Of a stretch of DNA of 64,000 nt, positions 1 to 9,058 are shown piece after piece. How positions within the stretch are numbered: position 1 is the first letter of the stretch; every line of letters starts with the position of its first letter. Under the pieces are notes generated by a model. That model was not told where the DNA came from and did not search any database. It saw nothing but the letters and a program-made list of their open reading frames with translations. Made by a program: the position numbers and the translations under genes. Origin of the DNA: Longimicrobiaceae bacterium (lineage in GTDB: Bacteria > Gemmatimonadota > Gemmatimonadetes > Longimicrobiales > Longimicrobiaceae); assembly GCA_036375715.1 (NCBI GenBank), contig DASVBS010000053.1:148873-212872 (forward strand), in the 5' to 3' direction.

Positions 1-1
1 A

Positions 2-244
2 GCACAGATCCAGGCAGTGTACGACTCCGGCCTGGCAAGCTGGGCACTCTGGAACCCCGGCTCGAAGTACGACCTCTTCCTGCCCGCGCTGCGCCCCGCC
101 GACGGCTCACCGTCGCCGCTGGAGCGCTCCGGCTGGGTCGCCCCTGAGTGGCAGCCGCCCCGGCACGTGCTGAGCCCCCTGCTCCGCCGCCGGGATGCCG
201 CGGCGGCCGCGCCGACGGCCGCACCGCCCGATACGGTGCCCTGA
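2..244 (+). CDS. 3' end of a gene entering from upstream of the window; hypothetical protein C-terminus
   Basis: Open frame from the window edge to TGA at 242-244. No recognisable motif. Confidence 0.3.
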   Translation, partial: AQIQAVYDSGLASWALWNPGSKYDLFLPALRPADGSPSPLERSGWVAPEWQPPRHVLSPLLRRRDAAAAAPTAAPPDTVP

Positions 245-273
245 CCTTCGGCCTCTAGCGGGGCATCTGGCAC

Positions 274-1356
274 TCAGCGGAAGAACTCGCGCAGAGCCCC
301 GTACACGAATTCAAGCGAGTCGATGGAGCACCACTCCCGTGCCTGGTGGGCCTGCGCGGTTTCGCCGGGGCCAAAGTTCACCGCGGGAATGCCCCGCTCG
401 GTGAAGCGGGCGACGTCGGTCCACGCCTGCTTGCAGGCCACGTCGATGCCGAGGCGCCTTCTCCAGGGCTCCACCAGCGGGTGGTCCAGGTAGACAGCGC
501 CGGACGGCGCGCGGTCGATAAAGGTCACCTCGCCATCCTGCCCGACCGCCGCCAGCAGGTCCGCTTCCGCCTCCGCAATACTCTTCCCCGGCGCGAAACG
601 CACGTTGACGTTGATCATCACCCGGTCCGGAACGACGTTCTTCGAGTTCTCGGTCCAGACCTGGGTGGGGACGATCACTTCGTAGAAGGTGAGCGACCCG
701 ACCTTCACCTCGCGCCGGTCGCGGGCGCGCAGCCGCTCCAGGAGAGGTAGAGCGTTGTAGAGGGCATTTTCGCCCTGCCACGGCCGTGCACTATGCGCCC
801 GACGACCCCGCACGGTGACGATGGCGTGGAGAGTGCCCATGCACCCCATCTGGATCGCCCGGTCCGTGGGCTCCAGCACGAACGCCAGGTCCAGCGGGGG
901 CAGGACGCCGCTCTCGAGCACCGGTCCCAGCCCGTTCTCCTCGTGGGGACCCTCTTCCCGATCGTAGAAGATCCAGATCGGGCGTGCACCGGCGAACTCG
1001 CGATGGCGCTCGAGCAGAGCCAGCATGGTCGCCACACCGGCCTTCATGTCGCTGGCGCCACAACCGTAGACCCGGTCGTCGCGGATCTCCAGCGGCTGAT
1101 CCGCGGCGCACCGCACCGTGTCCGTGTGCCCGACCAGGGCGACCGCAGGCAGATCGGCGCCGAAGCCCTCCGGCATGCAGACCACCGAGTTGCCGATCCG
1201 CTGCGTGGCGCCGGCGCCCGCGACGGCCACGCAGAGTCCCTCGATGTGGTCGGCGATTTCCCGCTCGTTGCCGGTCTCGCTGGGGATCGCGCAGAGCTCC
1301 AGCGTCCGTCGAGCCAGCTCCTCCCGGATGTTCGAGTCGGCCACGGTTACGCTCAC
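274..1356 (-). CDS. dapE: succinyl-diaminopimelate desuccinylase (M20 peptidase, ArgE/DapE family)
   Basis: 360 aa with M20 motifs GHTDTV and GASDMKAG. Overlaps dapD by 4 nt in the same operon. Confidence 0.8.
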   Translation of the reverse strand: MSVTVADSNIREELARRTLELCAIPSETGNEREIADHIEGLCVAVAGAGATQRIGNSVVCMPEGFGADLPAVALVGHTDTVRCAADQPLEIRDDRVYGCGASDMKAGVATMLALLERHREFAGARPIWIFYDREEGPHEENGLGPVLESGVLPPLDLAFVLEPTDRAIQMGCMGTLHAIVTVRGRRAHSARPWQGENALYNALPLLERLRARDRREVKVGSLTFYEVIVPTQVWTENSKNVVPDRVMINVNVRFAPGKSIAEAEADLLAAVGQDGEVTFIDRAPSGAVYLDHPLVEPWRRRLGIDVACKQAWTDVARFTERGIPAVNFGPGETAQAHQAREWCSIDSLEFVYGALREFFR

Positions 1357-2174
1357 ACCTGCACGTTGAACGTACGCAGGACGTCGTTTAGCGACGTCTT
1401 TCGGTCAGTGGATTCCTTCCGCTGGCCGATCACCAGAGCGCAGGGGACGTGGAACTCGCCGGCCGGGAAGCGCTTCGGCTGCGTGCCCGGAATCACCACC
1501 GAGCGCGCCGGGATCCTCCCTCGGGTGACAACGGGCTCGGGGCCGGTCACGTCGATGATCGGCGTCGAGGCGGTGAGCACCACGTTCGCCCCGAGGACCG
1601 CCTCTTCCTCGACCACCACCCCCTCGACCACGATGCAGCGCGAGCCGATGAAGGCACCGTCCTCGATGATGACCGGTGAGGCACTGGGCGGCTCCAGGAC
1701 CCCCCCGATGCCGACGCCGCCGGAAAGGTGCACGCCCCGCCCGATCTGCGCGCATGACCCCACGGTCGCCCAGGTGTCCACCATGGTCCCGGAGCCGACA
1801 TAGGCACCGATGTTCACGTAGCCGGGCATCAGCACGCAGCCGGGCTCCAGGAAGGAGCCGTAGCGAGCCACCCCCGGCGGCACGACACGGATGCCCTGCG
1901 CTTCCAGGTTGGTCTTGGTGGGCACCTTGTCGTAGAAGGCAAGGTCTCCGGCGGCCACGGGGCTGAGCGGCCTCTGCCCGAAGTAGAGCAGGATCGCCTC
2001 CTTCACCCAGGCGTTGACCCTCCACTCCCCGTCGCGCTTCTCGGCGACCCTGAGCTCACCCCGGTCCAGGCGCGCAATCACCTCCTCCACCGCCTGCCGT
2101 ACCGCGGCGTCCGCGGCGCGCTCCCGATCCCGGTAGGCCTCGCTGATGATCCTTTCCAGCTGCTCGCTTTCCAT
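1353..2174 (-). CDS. dapD: 2,3,4,5-tetrahydropyridine-2,6-dicarboxylate N-succinyltransferase
   Basis: 273 aa with hexapeptide-repeat left-handed beta-helix region (GSGTMVDTWATVGSCAQIG...) typical of DapD. Sits directly upstream of dapE. Confidence 0.8.
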   Translation of the reverse strand: MESEQLERIISEAYRDRERAADAAVRQAVEEVIARLDRGELRVAEKRDGEWRVNAWVKEAILLYFGQRPLSPVAAGDLAFYDKVPTKTNLEAQGIRVVPPGVARYGSFLEPGCVLMPGYVNIGAYVGSGTMVDTWATVGSCAQIGRGVHLSGGVGIGGVLEPPSASPVIIEDGAFIGSRCIVVEGVVVEEEAVLGANVVLTASTPIIDVTGPEPVVTRGRIPARSVVIPGTQPKRFPAGEFHVPCALVIGQRKESTDRKTSLNDVLRTFNVQV

Positions 2175-2326
2175 CCGTTCGCTCCCGCTCCATTGAAGCG
2201 CACAACCGGGCGGCGAGGTTCGCCGACGCGCCCTCCACGACCGCTGGACGCCCTCATCCCCACCCGATTAGCTTGATCGGTTGTCTCTGGGCCTGCGCGG
2301 CCCAAACTCGTCGACGGAGTGTATGC

Positions 2327-2962
2327 ATGCAAGCTGTGTCGAAGGCCGCTCCAGAAGTGCGCTCGAAAGCGGTGCCACGGGTACTGGCCGCGGTGGCCGT
2401 TGCCCTGCTGCTGGCCCTGGCAATCGCCGCCGCGACACTGGTCGCGGGGTCGCCCTCTTTCCATGCGACAACGTACGAACCGCCTGCACCGGCGCGGGAC
2501 TTCACGCTGACGGATCATACCGGCGGGACGACGAGCCTTTCCGATCTGCGCGGGAAGCCGGTCCTCCTCTTCTTCGGGTACACCCACTGCCCGGACGTCT
2601 GTCCGATGACCCTGTCCCTGTTGCGCGACGCCCTGCGGCAGGCCGGAGCGGGCCCGGAGGAGGTGAGCGTTCTCCTGGTCACAGTCGATCCCGCACGGGA
2701 TACGCCCGAGATCCTGGCCAGATATGTAGAGCGCTACGCGCCGTATCTGACGGGGTTGACGGGGAGCGAAGCGGAGATCCAACAGCTGCTGAGCGCCTAT
2801 GGCATCCACGCCGAAGGAGGCCATGAGGGCCACTCGGGCCTGCTCACCCATACCTCAGCCGTCTTCGGCATCGACCGCGACGGCATGATCCGCGTCCTTC
2901 TGCGCCCCGAGGCCCCGCGCGACGAATTCCTCGCCGACGTCAAGACCCTCCTCGAGCTCTGA
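2327..2962 (+). CDS. SCO1/SenC family copper chaperone (cytochrome oxidase assembly)
   Basis: CPDVCP thioredoxin-like Cu-binding motif and an N-terminal membrane anchor. Start chosen at the internal Met (MQAVSK) ahead of the TM helix; the ORF track begins at 2273. Confidence 0.75.
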   Translation: MQAVSKAAPEVRSKAVPRVLAAVAVALLLALAIAAATLVAGSPSFHATTYEPPAPARDFTLTDHTGGTTSLSDLRGKPVLLFFGYTHCPDVCPMTLSLLRDALRQAGAGPEEVSVLLVTVDPARDTPEILARYVERYAPYLTGLTGSEAEIQQLLSAYGIHAEGGHEGHSGLLTHTSAVFGIDRDGMIRVLLRPEAPRDEFLADVKTLLEL

Positions 2963-3497
2963 GCCGCAAGGCGTCGGCCTGGCATACGCCCGGATCCGAC
3001 GCTCCCCGGCGTGTTACCATGGGGAACAGTCTGCCCCGGGCAGATCCACTTCGAGTGCCCACCGAACCCCGGCCTTTCAGTCATAAGACGCTGCTTTCTC
3101 TCGGCCTACGCTGATGTCTGCCGCGCCGACGCGGGCGGAATGCCTTGTGCTCGGAAGGCGGGCGCCGCCGGGCGCTCCCGCCCTCGTATTGAACGCCACC
3201 CGCGCCGCCGACCATCCATGGCCGGAGCCCCCTCGCCCCCGAGCACCGCGCACTCCCGACGTCCTCCCGCCGTCCGCCCATCCCGTTCTCCCATCATCGG
3301 CGGATCCCACACGCGCGGTTGATCTCCCCTCGCGCAGTTGCCAGACGGGGCGGCAGGAGGCGCCCCGCCGGCATTCCCTTCCCTCATAGATAGCGACGTC
3401 TCTAGAGCAGATCATGCAAGCCGGGCCGCTCCTTCCGCTCGTGCGCGCACTGAGTGCCACTCACTAAATTTCGAAAAATCATTCGGCCTCAGTTTGC

Positions 3498-3526
3498 TTG
3501 ACCGTTGTTGCGGCGCGGCTTATGCT
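3498..3526 (+). promoter_or_regulatory. candidate sigma-70 promoter (TTGACC-17 nt-TATGCT) upstream of the FadL-like gene
   Basis: Near-consensus -35/-10 hexamers with a 17-nt spacer, about 100 nt upstream of the ATG at 3629. Confidence 0.3.
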
Positions 3527-3628
3527 GTCGAAATTCCCGCCGGGACGCGGCTTTCCGCGACCCCGGCCGCGCACTCCGGTCCGATGGCGGCGCGGCAAAC
3601 GATCGCAAGTTCTCGGAGGAGATCCAGC

Positions 3629-5056
3629 ATGACTCGTCGTCTGACCTGTGCGGGGGTGAGCTTGTTGCTGGCGCTTGGCGGCGCGCAGCCACTCCGGGCG
3701 CAGGGCTCGAACGTGATGCAGCATGGGGCCTGCGCGACCTCGATGGTCAGCGCCGGCGTGGCCTCTCCCTGCCACGACGGCTCGGCGGTGCTCTTCAATC
3801 CCGCCGCCCTCGCGGGCCAGCAGAGCGTGATCAGCGCCGGGGTGACGGCGATCATTACCGCCTCGGATTTCACCTACGACTTCACGGGCGAGCGGGTCGA
3901 GCGGGACGCGACCACCTCGTTCGTTCCGTTCGGCTTCCTCAATCACCGCATCACTGATCGCTTGGCGGCTGGATTCGGCGTCTTCGCGCCGTACGGTCTG
4001 GGGATCGATTGGCCTCTCGAGTTCGAGGGGCGATTCGTCAGCTACGACACATCACTGCGCAACATCTACCTGCAGCCGACCCTCTCGTATGCTCTGGCCG
4101 ACTGGCTGACCGTGGGCGGCGGCGTGGACGTCGTGCTCGGCTCCATCGAGTTGAACCAGCGGCTCGACCTCTCCGAGCAGATCGTACCGGATCCGTCCAC
4201 GGGACAGCCGGTCACGATCCCCGGGACGAACACGCCCGCGCGCTTCGGGAATTTTGGCGTTCCGCGCAGTACCGACTTCGCGGACGCGCGTCTGGCCGGA
4301 GACGGCACGGGGGCGACCTTCAACGTGGGCGCGATCCTGCGCTTCAGCGATTTCCTTTCCGCCGGCGTGCGGTACCTGCACTCCGCGGAGATCGACTACG
4401 ACGGAGACGCCCGCTTCGAGCCGGTTCCCACCGGCCTGACTCTCGGCGCCGGCAACCCCTTCGGCGTTCCCGGCGGGACGCCGCTCGACGCGCTGCTGCA
4501 GGGCCAGTTCTCGGGCGAGGGGGCCCTCGCTCCCCGCGACATCGGCACCACTCTGGAGCTTCCGTACCAGGTGGTGGTGGGCTTGGCCGTCTCCCCCACC
4601 GAGACGCTCAAGCTGCTCGCCGACTACCAGTTCACCGGCTGGGAGAGCTTCGACGTCGCCGAAATCGACTTTGCCGAGGGAGGCCCCGATACCGAGCTGG
4701 TCCTGGATTACCGGAACACCCACACCTTTCTGGTCGGGGCCGAGTACGCAGCGGCCGAGGATTTGGACCTGCGGGCCGGGTGGCGCTTCAACACCGCCGC
4801 CGAGAAGGCGGCGTCCGTCTCTCCGTTCCTCCCCGAGGCCGACCGCAACTACTACACGGCAGGACTTGGCTACGACCTCGGTCGGGGCCTGCGGGTGGAC
4901 CTCGCTTACCAGGCGATCGTTCAGGCCGACCGACGGGGGCGGGTCCGGAGCCGCACACTGGAGCAGAACGCGGGTGACGTGAACGTGGGCGTCTACTCGA
5001 ACGACGCTCACGCCTTCAGCGCATCCGTGTCGTATAGCTTCGGCGGCGACCGCTGA
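3629..5056 (+). CDS. FadL/TodX-family outer-membrane hydrophobic-compound transporter
   Basis: Signal peptide (LLLALGGAQPLRAQG) and beta-barrel-like alternating pattern with a C-terminal aromatic residue (…SYSFGGDR). GGAGGAG RBS precedes the ATG at 3629; the track ORF begins at 3338. Confidence 0.7.
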   Translation: MTRRLTCAGVSLLLALGGAQPLRAQGSNVMQHGACATSMVSAGVASPCHDGSAVLFNPAALAGQQSVISAGVTAIITASDFTYDFTGERVERDATTSFVPFGFLNHRITDRLAAGFGVFAPYGLGIDWPLEFEGRFVSYDTSLRNIYLQPTLSYALADWLTVGGGVDVVLGSIELNQRLDLSEQIVPDPSTGQPVTIPGTNTPARFGNFGVPRSTDFADARLAGDGTGATFNVGAILRFSDFLSAGVRYLHSAEIDYDGDARFEPVPTGLTLGAGNPFGVPGGTPLDALLQGQFSGEGALAPRDIGTTLELPYQVVVGLAVSPTETLKLLADYQFTGWESFDVAEIDFAEGGPDTELVLDYRNTHTFLVGAEYAAAEDLDLRAGWRFNTAAEKAASVSPFLPEADRNYYTAGLGYDLGRGLRVDLAYQAIVQADRRGRVRSRTLEQNAGDVNVGVYSNDAHAFSASVSYSFGGDR

Positions 5057-5116
5057 GGCACAGGCGATCACATCCGACCGCTCGAAGGCTCGAGCCGCAT
5101 CAGAGGAGAGAGGAAG

Positions 5117-6394
5117 ATGAGCGTCAGGAAGTGGAGGGCCTCCGCCGTCGCCCTGGTCGGGGCCACGCTGATCGGGGGGTGCGCGGCGGATGAGGGGATT
5201 ATCCTTCCCGACCGGGAGCCGGTCGGGGGTGAGCTGTTCGCACGCTACGTCGCGCTGGGGAACTCGATCACCGCGGGCTTCCAATCGCTCGGCATCAACG
5301 ACAGCACGCAGAGGGAGGCCTATCCGTTCCTCCTGGCCCAGCAGGCCGGGGCCCGCTTCAACCTGCCGCTGCTCACGAGGCCGGGGTGCCCACCCCCGAT
5401 GAATGGGCCGTTCAGCACCACCACCATCGCGGGGACCCCGCTGGGCCAGGCGGTCTGCTTCTTCCGCGCCTCCCCTACACCCGACCTGGTGAACAACCTG
5501 GCCGTGCCCGGCGCCAACCTCCTGGACGCCGTGGACCACACCGCCAACTCCGACGCCGCCGACACCTTCAATCGGCTGCAGACCTTCATACTCGGTGGCC
5601 GATCGCAGGCACAGGCGATGGTCGATGCCGATCCGACCTTCGTCTCGATCATGCTCGGCAGCGGCGACGCCCTGGGGGCGGCGCTCGACGGAGACGCCTC
5701 GCTACTGACGCCGGTCTCATCCTTCCAGGAGAGCCTGGACGAGCTGGTAGCCGCGGTGAACTCCACCAACGCGCAGGCGGTGCTGGTGATCGGCGCGATC
5801 AACTCGAACGTGATGCCGGCCCTTCAGCCGGGGCTATTCTTCTGGGCGGTGAAGCAGGACCCCGCCACCGCTCCACTGCTGCCGAAGCCGGTGAGCAACG
5901 ACTGCGCACCGGTCACCGCGCTCGGGCAGCCGAACCCCCTGGCGGCCAACCTGATCTCCTATACCATCCTCTTCGATGCGACCGTGCCGGAGATCAGCTG
6001 CCAGGATGACGCGCCCTTCGTTCTGCCACCCGCGGAGCAGGCGCAGATCACGGCGGCCGTGACCGAGTACAACACCCTCCTGGCCCAGGCCGCCGAGGAC
6101 AACGGTTGGATCTACTTCGACGTGAGCTCGCTGCTCACGCCGGCGCTCGCCGACCCCTCGCTGCTGCGAAAGTGTCAGGGGCTGGCGACGGCACGCACTC
6201 CGGACGAGATCCGGACCGCAATCCTGACCACCTGCCCAAATCCGGATCCCCGGGTAGGCTTCGGGCGGTTCATCTCCTTCGATGGGATCCACCCCTCGGC
6301 CGAGGCGCACCGGGTGCTGGCCAACGCGCTGATCGACACCCTCAACCAGGAGCTGGGGCTGGACATCCCCCAGCTGCCGAGCGGCCAGTCGTGA
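5117..6394 (+). CDS. SGNH/GDSL-family hydrolase lipoprotein (lipase/esterase-like)
   Basis: Lipobox LIGGC and a GNSIT block in place of GDSL. RBS AGAGGAGAGAGG. Adjacent to the FadL-like gene. Confidence 0.6.
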   Translation: MSVRKWRASAVALVGATLIGGCAADEGIILPDREPVGGELFARYVALGNSITAGFQSLGINDSTQREAYPFLLAQQAGARFNLPLLTRPGCPPPMNGPFSTTTIAGTPLGQAVCFFRASPTPDLVNNLAVPGANLLDAVDHTANSDAADTFNRLQTFILGGRSQAQAMVDADPTFVSIMLGSGDALGAALDGDASLLTPVSSFQESLDELVAAVNSTNAQAVLVIGAINSNVMPALQPGLFFWAVKQDPATAPLLPKPVSNDCAPVTALGQPNPLAANLISYTILFDATVPEISCQDDAPFVLPPAEQAQITAAVTEYNTLLAQAAEDNGWIYFDVSSLLTPALADPSLLRKCQGLATARTPDEIRTAILTTCPNPDPRVGFGRFISFDGIHPSAEAHRVLANALIDTLNQELGLDIPQLPSGQS

Positions 6395-6677
6395 CGCAGG
6401 GCGGGGCGGTAAAGGCGTGTGCGGTAAGGGCGAGTGGTGTGCGCAAGTGGTAAGGCCCACGAGTCGTAGGGAGGTGGGCAGGGGTGGCGCAGCCGAAGGA
6501 TCTACGGCCGCTGAGCTGCCGCGGCTGGCGCGATTGGCCAGCGGGAGAGCCATGCATGCAGAGGGCTCGGCGGTGCAGTTGCGGCGGATGAACGGGTCAC
6601 CGCATCGGAACCGGGGCGCCTTCGGTGCGTATGGGGACAGAGTCGCACGAAGCAACTCGTAGCCGCGAGGAGATGGA

Positions 6678-7136
6678 ATGGCCACCGAGGCCTCGCAGGT
6701 GCCGCCCGCAATCCGCAAGATCCTGAATCGTTTCGCCACGCTCAGCCCTGACCTGGTGCGGCAGGCGCTGGTACAGTACTCGAACCGGCTGCCGCCGCTG
6801 CCGGACCGGTTCCAAGTGCTCGACCTCGAAAAGTATCGGGTACACGAGTGTCAGACCCCGGTTGCCATCTTCCCGGAGCTGAAGGACGGGAAGATGTACT
6901 TCTACGCGGATGTTCCACAGGGGGCGCCCACCATCCGGGCACTGTTGGCGATGATCTTCGAAGCGGTCAATGGCGAGCCGCCCGAGACCGTTCTGGCGAT
7001 CCCCTCGGACTTCGTGCGATTGGTGATGGACAAGCTCGGTCTTGGGACGCGGGAGGTAGGCCTCAATGCCATGGTCCACCGGCTGAAGATGGCCGCGAGC
7101 CTTGCCCTCGCGGGGGAGGATCCGACCGCCGCCTGA
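6678..7136 (+). CDS. SufE-like sulfur-acceptor protein
   Basis: 152 aa with the conserved Cys context VHECQTPV resembling the SufE CQSQVW motif. RBS GAGGAG. Confidence 0.6.
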   Translation: MATEASQVPPAIRKILNRFATLSPDLVRQALVQYSNRLPPLPDRFQVLDLEKYRVHECQTPVAIFPELKDGKMYFYADVPQGAPTIRALLAMIFEAVNGEPPETVLAIPSDFVRLVMDKLGLGTREVGLNAMVHRLKMAASLALAGEDPTAA

Positions 7137-7271
7137 GGCGGATTCTTGCGGAGCGACCTGAAATGCCTTCTTTTGGAGGGCTTCGATCCCGGTGTTCCGC
7201 GCAGCGGAGCGTGACGCGGGGGCGAAGCGATAACTGGCTAAGGTTGTGACCGCATGGGCAAGGAGCAGAGG

Positions 7272-7775
7272 ATGCGATTCCGCGGCGCTGTGACGCGGCT
7301 TGTAGGGGTCGTGGCGGTGGCGGCAGTCTTGGGTGCCTGCTGGTTGATCCCGGACGGAGGCTACGAAAAGGTCGCCTACCGGGAGAGGGAGGCGTTGCCC
7401 GAGCCCGCGACTCCGGAGCCGCCGCCGCTGGTAGCAGGGGTGGGAGGTGGAGCGTCCCAGGTCCCCCAGCTGGGGGAAGGTGCTCCGGCCGGGGTCACGC
7501 AGGAGATGGTGGAGGCGGGGGCGCAGCAGTTCGGCACCGTCTGCGCCGCGTGCCACGGGGCGGGGGGCGCGGGCACCCCGGCCGCCCCGGCTCTGAACGA
7601 CGGGACCTGGCTGCACATCTCCGGCGGCTATGAGGAGATCGTGCAGATCATCCAGAGCGGAGTGCCCAACCCGATCGAGGCGCCGGCGCCGATGCCGCCG
7701 CGCGGGGGTGGCAACTTCAACGACGAGCAGGTTCGGCAGCTCGCCGCCTACGTCTTCGCGTTGAGTCACCAGTAG
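7272..7775 (+). CDS. class I c-type cytochrome lipoprotein
   Basis: CAACHG heme-binding CxxCH motif plus a signal/lipobox (VLGAC). Paralog of the ORF at 63316..63828. Confidence 0.7.
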   Translation: MRFRGAVTRLVGVVAVAAVLGACWLIPDGGYEKVAYREREALPEPATPEPPPLVAGVGGGASQVPQLGEGAPAGVTQEMVEAGAQQFGTVCAACHGAGGAGTPAAPALNDGTWLHISGGYEEIVQIIQSGVPNPIEAPAPMPPRGGGNFNDEQVRQLAAYVFALSHQ

Positions 7776-7780
7776 CAACC

Positions 7781-8161
7781 ATGAAGCGGGACAATCCGAC
7801 TTACCGGAGCGTGGCGGCTCGCTACGATGAGTACGTGAAGATCCTGGCGAGCAAGCCGGAGATGCAGAAACCGGAGCGGGCGCTGCCCCCGCAGCGGCCG
7901 TACACACCGCAAGAGGAGCAAGACGACATGGGCAGGACGGTATCCGCGGCGATCGGGTTCGGCATCGGGGCCCTGCTGCTCCTGCTGGCCGCGTGGTCAT
8001 TCGTGGTCTCGGCGAAGTGGGCGGGGCTGGATCGGGCGGGGGCGGCGAACGGGTATTTCCTGGTGGGCTTCTTCCTGCTGCTCTCCGGCGGCGGCGGGAT
8101 CCTCGCCACCTGGAACCACAATTATCGGGTATTGACGCGACGGAGCGGCTCCGCGCGCTGA
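7781..8161 (+). CDS. small membrane protein, two predicted TM helices
   Basis: 126 aa with two hydrophobic stretches, followed by an intrinsic terminator. Confidence 0.45.
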   Translation: MKRDNPTYRSVAARYDEYVKILASKPEMQKPERALPPQRPYTPQEEQDDMGRTVSAAIGFGIGALLLLLAAWSFVVSAKWAGLDRAGAANGYFLVGFFLLLSGGGGILATWNHNYRVLTRRSGSAR

Positions 8162-8184
8162 GCGCCGACCCATCTGCAGCGGCG

Positions 8185-8229
8185 GAACGACTGTCGACCT
8201 TCAAAAGGGTTGACAGTCGTTCTTTTTGC
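8185..8229 (+). terminator. Rho-independent terminator (15-bp stem, 8-nt loop, T5 tract)
   Basis: gaacgactgtcgacc-ttcaaaag-ggttgacagtcgttc followed by ttttt. Confidence 0.5.
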
Positions 8230-8434
8230 ATTCAATGTAGGCGAGACACCTTCCGATTTCCCATTTCGCGGGCGACCTCCGCCCCCGATCTCTCCATATT
8301 CGACATACCTGGCCCGGAGTGGCCCGGCGCGCGTGCCGGACCAGGCGGGATGGCAGGTGCTTCGCCGCGGCGGCGTCACGCCGCCAGATCCGCAGGACAT
8401 TCTATTCAGGGGGGCTCACCCCCGGGAGCGAGCC

Positions 8435-8953
8435 ATGAACGTTCGGGCAGGAGTGTTCTCCGTAGGGCGGGGCGTGGTGTTGGCTGGCTGGATGGTGGTC
8501 GCGGCGGGGTGCGGTGACACGAGCCCGGTGGGGGCCGAGCTCCGGGTGGACGGGTTGCGAGTGGGGGAGGTGGCGCGAGCGGTGCGGGTGGGGGTGCCTT
8601 ATGGAGCCGGTGTATACCAGGCCGTGATCGGGCCCGACGGCGGAGTGCTGAGTTTCGGCGTCGGCACACTGACCTTTCCTGCGGGAGCGCTGGAACGCGC
8701 GACGATGATCACCGCCCGTGTGGACGGCTATTCCATCGCCGCCGACTTCGGACCGTCAGGGCTGAGCTTCCCAGCGCACTCCCAGCCAACTCTGTCGTTT
8801 AGTCTACCATCGACGAACGAAGTCGTAACCATAGCGTATGTGGACGACGATCTCCGTATTCGGTCGCTTCTGGAAACCTCTATCGAGAATCGCTCTATGA
8901 GGGCACGAGCAAGGCTGCGCCACTTCTCTCCGTACATTCTCGCTCAGAACTAG
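8435..8953 (+). CDS. hypothetical lipoprotein
   Basis: Start at the internal ATG with a signal peptide and lipobox (VAAGCG). The upstream part of the track ORF is Pro/Arg-rich and non-protein-like. Confidence 0.45.
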   Translation: MNVRAGVFSVGRGVVLAGWMVVAAGCGDTSPVGAELRVDGLRVGEVARAVRVGVPYGAGVYQAVIGPDGGVLSFGVGTLTFPAGALERATMITARVDGYSIAADFGPSGLSFPAHSQPTLSFSLPSTNEVVTIAYVDDDLRIRSLLETSIENRSMRARARLRHFSPYILAQN

Positions 8954-9058
8954 CTTGATAAGTAGGATCGCGATTTAGCTGTTAAGATAGAAGGATTGGG
9001 TGCCGCGACACTGCAGCGTTACACGGCGCGTGCGGCAAACGACTTTCGCAGATTAGTA

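Noticed and set aside
6395-6677. tRNA or other structured RNA gene in the SufE-upstream spacer
   Set aside because: No T-loop (GGTTCGANTCC-like) or anticodon-arm features could be recognised by eye. Left as an uncharacterised spacer.
6597-8231. 544-aa ORF on the minus strand, plus similar long ORFs at 4052..5539(-), 23521..25272(+), 34937..36676(-), 40536..43370(-), 53684..55912(+), 48463..49686(+), 9772..10968(+) and 15796..16746(-)
   Set aside because: All lie antisense to well-supported genes (SufE/cytochrome c, FadL-like, gyrA, PBP, cox, flotillin, amgK, EBP, PCAT). Their translations are Arg/Pro/Gly-rich low-complexity strings, which is typical of stop-codon-poor frames in roughly 70% GC DNA.
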